Below are positions 50,727-59,300 of a DNA stretch of 64,000 nt, piece after piece. How positions within the stretch are numbered: position 1 is the first letter of the stretch; every line of letters starts with the position of its first letter. Made by a program: the position numbers and the translations under genes. The stretch spans positions 2,880,001-2,944,000 of the forward strand of contig CAWCKH010000004.1 of NCBI GenBank assembly GCA_963796055.1, written 5' to 3'. Below the pieces are notes generated by a model that did no database searches, was not told the origin of the DNA, and saw only the letters and a program-made list of their open reading frames with translations. The stretch is from an uncultured delta proteobacterium. GTDB lineage: Bacteria > Myxococcota > Myxococcia > Myxococcales > Myxococcaceae.

Positions 50727-50910
50727 GGCCGGAAAGAGTACCAAGTTGGCGGCTGGGCACTCCCTGGCCTCGGCGGCGACAAAGCTCCCGCGCTGCGCTT
50801 TCTCCCCGTCGGAGAAAAGGTGAGCTCCACCGGGGGGTAGCAGGGGGTAGGCGACCGGCGCGAGGCCCTCGTCCGAGAACGAGTCCCCCTGGCCGCACCG
50901 GGCCAGCGCC

Positions 50911-51213
50911 TTGATGGCGGGGTCCCGTGCAGCGAGCGTTGAAGAGGTAGTGGCCGCCTGCGACAAGATGGGTGAGAAGAAACCCGGCAGCTGTAACTAC
51001 GTGGCGGACGACAAGGGGCTTGGCGGGTGCACGCGAAACGGCTGCTTCTACTGCCCTGCGGACGGCAGTCGGCAGTGTCACGCAACGCGAGCTGGTGGCA
51101 AGAGCGGGAAGGGTGACGTCGTCGTGAAGGTCGGGGACATCCAGTTCGCCTGCGACAAGCAGGACGAGGGCTGGTGCAGGAAGCAGGCTGCTGACGCCCA
51201 GACTGGAAGATAG
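50911..51213 (+). CDS. Cys-rich small protein or 5'-truncated fragment
   Basis: 8 Cys in ~90 aa; begins immediately after a repeat fragment. Confidence 0.4.
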   Translation: MMAGSRAASVEEVVAACDKMGEKKPGSCNYVADDKGLGGCTRNGCFYCPADGSRQCHATRAGGKSGKGDVVVKVGDIQFACDKQDEGWCRKQAADAQTGR

Positions 51214-51604
51214 ACGGCCGAGGCTCGCGCCATTGCGGCGCGAGCGCCTTGATGGCGTTCGGGTGGAGGCGGTAAGGCCTCGACGAGCCGTGACGAGGCG
51301 TTCCCGGTGGCGAGGCTGGTCAGGAGCGCCCCTCGGTCTTGCAGTGCGCATCCGCGGAGCGTCTTAACGCCTCGCGCGCCGTGTCCTCCACGGCACCCAC
51401 CTCGGCAACGCCAGAGCTCAACTCGACGGGCTTCCCATTCTCGAACTCAGCCACCTTTCGGAACGGGTGGGCCAGGTCGCTGTTGTCGAACACCAGGACG
51501 TGAGGCAGCTCGTGGATGGCGTGGCGTAGGATTTCGAAGATCCGACCAAATCCCGCCTGCGCTCCTCAGTGCGATGTTAGGAGGTTCGGAGGGAGAGTAT
51601 CGTC

Positions 51605-52363
51605 ATGAGCTTTGACGTCGCCGCGGACGCATACGACTCCTTCATGGGTCGGTATTCGGCGTTGCTTGCGCCAGGCTTCGCCGACTTCGGTGGGGTGCGC
51701 GCGGGGCAGACGGTGCTGGATGTTGGGTGCGGTCCCGGAGCTCTAACCTCCGAGCTCGTTCGCCGGTTAGGGACGAAGGCGGTAGCGGCAGTGGACCCTT
51801 CAGAGTCGTTCGTTGTTGCCGCTCGAGCTCGGCTTCCCGGGGTAGACGTACGCAAAGGAACGGTCGAGCGACTGCCGTTTGAGCCAGCAACGTTCGATGT
51901 CACGCTGGCGCAGCTCGTCTTCCATTTCTTGGGCGATCCCATCGCGGGAGTACGCGAAATGGCGCGCGTCACCCGGAAGGATGGAATCGTCGCGGCATGT
52001 GTTTGGGACTTCGCAGGGGGACGCGCGCCGGTCTCCATCTTCTGGACCGTTGCGCGCGAGCTCGATGCAACCGTGCAGGGCGAGTCCTTGCTGCCCGGTG
52101 CTCGGCGCGAGCACCTCTCCGAGCTGTTTCGGACCGCTGGGCTGCGTGAAATTGAGTTCACGGAAATCTCACTGATCATCTCCTTCGAGAAGTTCGAGGA
52201 ATGGTGGCAGCCGTTCACTCGCGGCGTAGGCCCGGCAGGCGCGTACGCTCAACGGGTCGGCGAAGCGCGACTATCAACCATCCGGGACCGATGTCGCGCC
52301 ATCTTAGGGGAGGGGCCTTTTGCCATCAGGGCAGTCACCTGGGCAGCGCGGGGGACCGTCTGA
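51605..52363 (+). CDS. Class I SAM-dependent methyltransferase
   Basis: YDSFMGRYS, VLDVGCGPG, LPFEPATFD. Confidence 0.9.
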   Translation: MSFDVAADAYDSFMGRYSALLAPGFADFGGVRAGQTVLDVGCGPGALTSELVRRLGTKAVAAVDPSESFVVAARARLPGVDVRKGTVERLPFEPATFDVTLAQLVFHFLGDPIAGVREMARVTRKDGIVAACVWDFAGGRAPVSIFWTVARELDATVQGESLLPGARREHLSELFRTAGLREIEFTEISLIISFEKFEEWWQPFTRGVGPAGAYAQRVGEARLSTIRDRCRAILGEGPFAIRAVTWAARGTV

Positions 52364-52587
52364 GAACCACGAGCGTCGAGATGGTCCTGCTCCGAGCGGG
52401 AGGTTCTGACGAGCACGAGAGGCCGTCCCTTGCAAGCTGGCTCGAGGACGCCACCCCGAGTGGAAGCGCCAGCAAACGCTTGAAAGTCTCTCGCGATCCT
52501 CGCTCCGGGGAATCACCCGCCGCGCTTCCGTGCAACGGCGGCAGCTTGGGACTGCCACGTCCTCCAGACAGGACCCGCCGGTCTTCT

Positions 52588-52956
52588 TCAGAGCCCGCTG
52601 AGATTGCTGCTCCAGATCGGGCTGTGCGAGCGCCGCTCGTCGCGCGCGGTGATGAATCGGGACTTCACCAGGCCGAGGGCGACCTTTCCGATGACGTCCT
52701 TGGCCACCGTTCCCCGGTAGTGGGGGACGGCGCGTCCGAGCCGCAGCGCGTGCTCGAAGAGCACGACCGGTTCCCAGCTCGAGGTGGCTGTCTCGGGCGC
52801 TCCCTCGACCGATTCGGTGAGGGTGGCCCAGGCTACAATCGGGTGGAACGAGACGTGGCCGTCACTTCCGTCCGCGGTCTCGCAGAGGAGCAATTTCAGC
52901 CCGAGGTCTCCAGCGGTGAGTTGGCTACAAACGATCCGGCGCGCGGGCTCCGTCAC
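52588..52956 (-). CDS. Hypothetical protein
   Basis: GTG-TEPARRIVCSQL...HPIVAWA protein-like frame; weak support. Confidence 0.35.
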   Translation of the reverse strand: MTEPARRIVCSQLTAGDLGLKLLLCETADGSDGHVSFHPIVAWATLTESVEGAPETATSSWEPVVLFEHALRLGRAVPHYRGTVAKDVIGKVALGLVKSRFITARDERRSHSPIWSSNLSGL

Positions 52957-53385
52957 GCTGCGCTCTTCCAGCGGAAGGACAGGCGTGCCCCCTGTTGCAG
53001 GGTCTCGCGCTTGAAGCGAGCCAGTACAGGCGCACTGCCGAAGTCGTCGGCGACGGGCACCTGGATCACGCCATTCCGCGTCCCCTCGGGACACCCGGGC
53101 CAGGCACAGATGAGGAGCGCTTGGTCGTGGAGCGGGTGCCGCTGCCGGAGATGAGCACAATGCACCGCATCGCGCCCCCACAAGGACGCTGAAGCATCGG
53201 AACCGGACATTTGAACTCCCAGACCTCGGGTTGCCCGGCAACCGGGTCGGGAAGTCTCTTTTCGTTTAACACCTCCGACGGGACGCGGCAAACGTGGCCA
53301 GCCGAGTCGAGCCGATGCGTTCGGGGTCTTCGGCTCGCTGCGCGGCGCGACTGGCCTCACCTCGAGGGAGCCGCTGGCCGAACGT

Positions 53386-56300
53386 TCACCGGATGCGGAA
53401 CACCGCGGTGTGCGGACGGCCGTCGTCCACAAGGGGAATCGCGCTGCCCTCGATGCTGCCTCCATCGAGCGTGATGCCCGGCGCGCCGCCGCCCCGCTCG
53501 ACGCGAAGTGAATAAAGGCTTCCCCCGAAGCGGTAGTCGATGGCGTATTCACGCCACGCGGCTGGAACACAGGGGAGCAGCTGGAGCGAGTCTCCCCGCC
53601 GGGTGAATCCCAGGATGGCCTCGAGGCCCACGCGGTACATCCAGCTCGCCGAGCCGGTGTACCAGGTCCACCCCCCGCGCCCGCGCTGGCCCTCCGCGGT
53701 GTACACGTCCGCCGCCACCACGTAGGGCTCCACCTTGTACGTCGCTACTTCCGCCGCGGTCCGTGCGTGGTTCAGCGGGTTGAGCATCTGGAAGAGCTCC
53801 AGCGCCCCCTCCCCGTCGCCGGCCATCGCCCGGGCGAGCACCGCCCACACCGCGGCGTGGGTGTACTGCGCGCCGTTCTCGCGCACCCCGGGGAGGTAAC
53901 CCTTGATGTAGCCCGGATCCTGCGGCCCGTGGTCGAAGGGCGGCGCGAGCAGGCGCACCAGCCGAGCCTCTCTATCCACCAGGTGCTCCTCCAGGGAGCG
54001 CATCGCCTGCAGCCGCCGCTCGGGTCGTCCGCCGCCGCCGATGACGCTCCAGCTCTGGGCGATGGAATCGATGCGGCACTCCTCGCTGGTGCTGGACCCG
54101 AGCGGCACACCGGCGTCGTCATATGCCCGCCGGTACCAGGCGCCGTCCCAGCCGTGCTCCTCGACCGCGGCGAGGTAGCCCTCCGCGTGCTCCCGGAGCT
54201 CGGAGGCGACCGTGCCGTCGCCTCGCCCCGCGGCCTGCTCCGCGAACGACCGGAGCGTCGCCGCCAGGAACCAGGCCAGCCAGACGCTCTCTCCCCGGCC
54301 CTCCGCGCCCACCCGGTTCATCCCGTCGTTCCAGTCACCCCCGCCGATCAGCGGGATCCCGTGAACGCCCCGGGTGCTGGCCTTCCTGAGCGCGCGGAGA
54401 CAGTGCTCGTAGAGGCTCCCCACCTCGGCGGAGGTCTGTGGCAGGTCGTACGCCTCCTGCTCGCCCGGCTGGAGCGTGCGCATGGTCAGGAACGGCACCG
54501 GCTCGTCGAGCACCCCGCGGTCGCCGGTGACGTTCACGTAGTGGTCCACCGCGAAGGGCAGCCAGGCGAGATCGTCGGAGAACCGCGTGCGCACGCCCCG
54601 ACCGCTCTCCGGATGCCACCAGTGCTGCACGTCACCCTCCACGAACTGCCTGCTGGCAGCACGGAGGAGGTGGGCCCGTGCGACGTCCGGGGCGGCGTGG
54701 AGGAAGGCCATCGAATCCTGGAGCTGATCGCGAAAGCCGTAGGCCCCGCTGCTCTGGTACAGGGCCGAGCGGCCCCACATCCGGCAAGAAAGCGCCTGGT
54801 ACAGGAGCCAGCGGTTCAGCAGGGCGTCGAAGGCAGGCTCAGGCGTGTGCACCTGGACGATCGAAAGCCGCTGCTCCCAGCCGTCCACCGTCTGGTGGAT
54901 CGCCGCCGCCGCCCGCGCCGGATCGCGGAGCCCATCCACCGTCCCCCGCGCCCGCTGCGCCGACGGCGCCGCCCCGAGGAGAACCACCACCTCCCGGCTC
55001 TCTCCGGGCCCGATGGTCAGCGCGCAGTGGAGCGCCGCGCACGGGTCGAGCGCTGCACCCGTGCGACCGCTGAGGCGCCCGATGCCCGCCGGAGCCTCGA
55101 TGCTCCCATGGCGGCCGAGGAACTCGCGCCGATCGGCCGTGTGGCCCTGCACCTCGGGGGCGAGCGCACAGAACGCCACCCAGCCGGCGAACTGGGGGTC
55201 GAAGGTGTTCCGCGCGAAGAGCGTCCCCCGGGCGACGTCGAATTCGGTCCGGATCTGATGCTGGGTGTGCTCGCGCTGGCTCCCCAGCGTCCACTCGACG
55301 TAGCTGGTCACCCCGATGCGGCGCGTCCGGGGGCTGTGGTTGGTCAGGCGCAGTCGCGAGATCCGCGTCGCCGAGCCGTCGGCAAGGCCCACCGTCAGGA
55401 GGCTCTCCACGTCGGAGTGCCGGTGCTCGAAGGTGGACGCGCCGGCGTCGTGGCGGATGAGGTAGGCCGAGGCGTGACGGATGGGCGCGGGAGTCGGGGT
55501 CCACAGCTCGCCCGTCTCCTCGTCCCGGAGGTAGAGGACGTCACTCACCGGGTCCGTGACCGGGTCGTTGTGCCAGGGCGTCAACCGGTAGAAGAAGCTG
55601 CTACCGGCCCAGGTGAAGCCGGCTCCCCGTTCCGAGACGAGGAAACCTCCTTCCGGACTGGCCACCACGTTTGCCCACGGCGCCGGGGGGAGGGCCGAGC
55701 CACGAAGGCGGATCCGGTATCTCCCCTCGGCGTCCAGGCTCCCGAGCCCGTTGTCCAGAAGCAGGGGCGTGGGGGCCGGCGCATCCTCGCCCGCCGCCGC
55801 CAGGTCCACGGGCCCGGCTCGCGCGGGCGCCCGTCCGACGCTCGCCACCGGCGTTGGGACGCGCAGCCGTTCCACCAGACCGGCGAAGGTGCGCTGCAGG
55901 GGCCGGCGCGGAGGAAGCCGGAGCTCCTTCACCTCCTCGGTGGCATCGGTCAGCGATTCCAGGATCGGCCCGAGGCGACGGCCGTCGCAGGGCAGGTGCA
56001 CCCGCGCAGTGGCGCGGAGCATGCGTAGCTCGGCCGGGCCGAGGAGATCGCGGCGGCGGACGAAGACCCCGCCCGGACGGTCGACCATTCCCGCCTCGCT
56101 GGAGGAGAGAACGGTCGCCGTCACCTGGTCGCCGAGGGCCTCCAGATAGGAGGAGGCCCGGGTGTTCAGGATGACCAGGTCCACCATCATCCCGCGCCGG
56201 CGCCAGTACTGGTGCGCGGAGAGGAGCTGCCGCAGGGTGGGCAGCCCCTCCGTCGAGTCGATCGTGGCCAAGAGAATCGGCCAGTCCCCCGAGAGCCCGA

Positions 56301-59300
56301 CGGCCCAGAGCATGGGCTGGGAACCCTGGTTGGCGAGGAGCTCCGCCTCCGGCGCGCGCAGCTGGGGATCGGAGAAGAAGAGCGCGCCCGCGAGCTGCTG
56401 GAAGACGCCTGCGTCCACCGACGAGGTGTTCAGCTCGCGCAGCTCGATCTGCGCCGCCGTCCAGGCGAGATCCAGGGCACGGTGCGCCGAGCGGGGATCG
56501 CGATAGCGGTCGGCCAGCTCGAAGGCTCGCTCGGCGCTGGTGGTGACCAAGGTGGTGAAGGCCGCCGAGGCCGAGCGTCCGGGCTCCACCCGGAGGCGGC
56601 AGCGGAGCGCGAAGATGGGGTCGATCACCGCCCCCGTGCTCCCGCTCAGCTCCGCACCATGGTCGAGCGCCGCCGGAGCGCGGGTGGACCGGCCCCGCCC
56701 GAGGAACCGGCTCCGATCGGTCTCGCAGGTGATCTCACCCACGCGTTCCTCCCCGGTCGCCAGGACGTGGGTGCACCACACCCGCTGCTCGGAGGGAGCA
56801 CGGGGCCGCCGCGTTCCGGTGACCGCCGAGCACCAGGCATGCCACGCGGTCTCGACGAAGAGGCTCCCGAAGGCGGGGTGGGCGCGGTCGGCGCCGGGCG
56901 GAGCCAGGACCAGCTCGCCGTAGCTGGTGAGCTCGATCTCGCAGGGAGCGCCGCCGTTGTTGGTGACGGTCACCCGCCGCACCTCCGCCGCATCGTCGGG
57001 GACGGTGGTGATCTCGGTCCGGGTCTCGATCGGGCCGTCGGTCCGGTGGAAGACGGCCCGGTCGGTGGCCAGGGAGACGTGGTAGGTGTCGGCCCGCGCG
57101 CAGACGGGCTGGTGGGCGGTGGACCAGATGCGCCCACGCGTCACGTCCTTCACGTAGCAGTGCTGCCCCGTGGAATCGGCGGTCCCATCGGCGCGCCAGC
57201 GGGTGACGGCGAGGTCCTCGTACCGGCTGTAACCCGAGCCGCCGTTGGTGAGCATCACCGTGTACGGGAGCCGCCCCAGCAGCGCCACCCGGGGCTGCGG
57301 GGTGAACGGGGTGTCGAGCTCTCGCACCGCCGGCGCCTCCAGCTCGGGGTTGGGGAGCGAGGCCTCGGGGCGCGCGGTCTGCGGCTCCTGGAGCATGAGC
57401 CGGCGCGGGATGCGCTCGTAGAGCAGGAGCTCCGCAGCGCGCACCAGCGGATCGGCGTGGAAGCGGCGCTGCCAGATCAGGCCGCTCAGGGCGTTGGTGA
57501 GCGCACCGAGGCCCATGCCGAGGTGGTGGGCCATGAAGGTCTCCACCACCGAGCAGGCCTTCCCCGGTTCCGGCCGGGTGTAGTCCAGGGCGTCCCGGAG
57601 GCCGTATGGCCCGAGCGCGCCCCTGCGTTCCAGCGAACGCAAGTTCGCCAGCGCGCGTTTCGGATCGACCATCGCCGCCAGCGCCGAGGCGTAAGGGGCG
57701 ATGACCAGATCGCTGTCCAGGCCCCGCTTGAGCGCCAGGTCGGGCACCCCGAAGGCCCGGTACTGGTACGTCCCGAAGCGATCGCGGACGTTGTAGGCGC
57801 TCTCGCTGATCCCCCAGGGCACCGCGTGGCCCGCTGCGTAGGTCATCTGACGCCGGACCGCTCCCCGGTAGGTCTGGTCGAGGAGCGTTTCGGGGAACGA
57901 GCGCATCAAGAGAAGCGGCATCAGGTACTCAAACATCGTCCCGCTCCAGGACATCAGGGCGGTCTCTCCGGCGACACGCGACAGCTCGCGTCCGAGATGG
58001 AACCAGTGGTCGACCGGGACGTCGTCCTTGGCGATGGCCACGTAGCTGGCCAGCCGCGCCTCGGAGGCCAGGAGGTCGTAGTACGACGGGTCCAGGGTGT
58101 GACTGGTCAGCTGGTATCCGATGGAGAAGAGCGCGCGCTGCCGGTCGTAGAGGAAGCTGAAGTCCATCGCGCTCGCGTGGCGGCTGGCGGTGGCAGCCAG
58201 CGCCTCGAGGCGAGCGATCAGCTCCGCGGCCCGTGGCGTGCTGGACGAGAGCTCGCGAAGCGTCGGGAAGATGCGGGTCGCTTCGCCCAGCCGGCCGACG
58301 CCCGCCCGCGTCTCGAGCCCTTCCACCCGGCGGCGCTGCTCGCCGACAAGCCGGCGCGTCCAGGCCGTCCACTCCCTCGCCTCACCCAGCGGCACGCGCC
58401 GCTCGGCCACCCCTGCAATCGCTTGCTCCAGCTCGTCCAGCCGTGCGAGGACGACATCGAGCCCGGCCGCGACATGACTCACCCGCTCCGCCGCCGCCAG
58501 GGCCGAGCGAGCCTGGCGGAGCTTCGGCTCGATCCTGGCGCTGGCGGTCGTTCCAACCATGCCCAGGGCGGTCTCGGCGGCCCGCCACGCGCGGCGATCG
58601 AAGACCGGCTCGTCGGGGATGGCCAGACAAGCCTGGCGCACGGCGATGAGCAGACCGGCCAGGTTGCCGCTGTCGACCGTCGAGACGTACGCCGGGGTGA
58701 GCTCCCGGAGATCGCGGAGATCGTACCAGTTGTAGAAGTGGCCCCGAAACCGGGGCAGGCGCTCGAGCGTGGCGAAGACCCGCTCGAGCTGGGAGATCAT
58801 CTCCTCGAGCGGAAGAAAGCCCAGGTCATGGGCGCTGGTGACCGCCAGGAGCTGCAGGCCGATGTTGGTGGGCGAGGTGCGCATCGCCACCACCGGCCAC
58901 GGGCCTTCCTGGACGTTGTCGGGCGCCAGCCAGTGCGTCTCGGCGGTGACGAAGCGCTCGAAGAACCTCCAGTGCAGGAGTGCGTACCGGAGCGCATCGG
59001 CCCTCAGCGCGGGGGCGAGCCTGCGCTCGCGACGCCTCGGAGACTGGTCGAGCCAGTGGGCGACCTGGGGCGCGCAGATCCACGCCCCGGTGAGCACGCT
59101 GCACGCCAGGATCCAGGCCCAGCGCTGTGGGCCAGTCTCTCCCACCTGCCCGAAGGGGTGACGGAGGAGCAAGGCGAGGAAGAGCCCTGCCGAGAGGAGC
59201 ACCGAGGGCCACATGGCCCGCCAGACGGCGCGCGCCGAGCCCGAGCGAAAGCGCTCGGACTGAAACGCGGTTTGCCATTCGAGCAGGTGCCGCCGGGAGA

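Larger units (their letters stand above)
48725..50910. repeat. Four degenerate direct-repeat fragments (48725-48792, 49620-49792, 50150-50255, 50829-50910)
   Basis: Shared cores gcgagg(c)cctcgtccgaga..ccctggccg and gcgggtggccgtccagccc..gggaggcgtgtc. Confidence 0.75.

Noticed and set aside
48725..50910. CRISPR array or integron attC array
   Set aside because: Repeats are long, degenerate, irregularly spaced and coding-derived; no cas or intI genes and no clear attC ends
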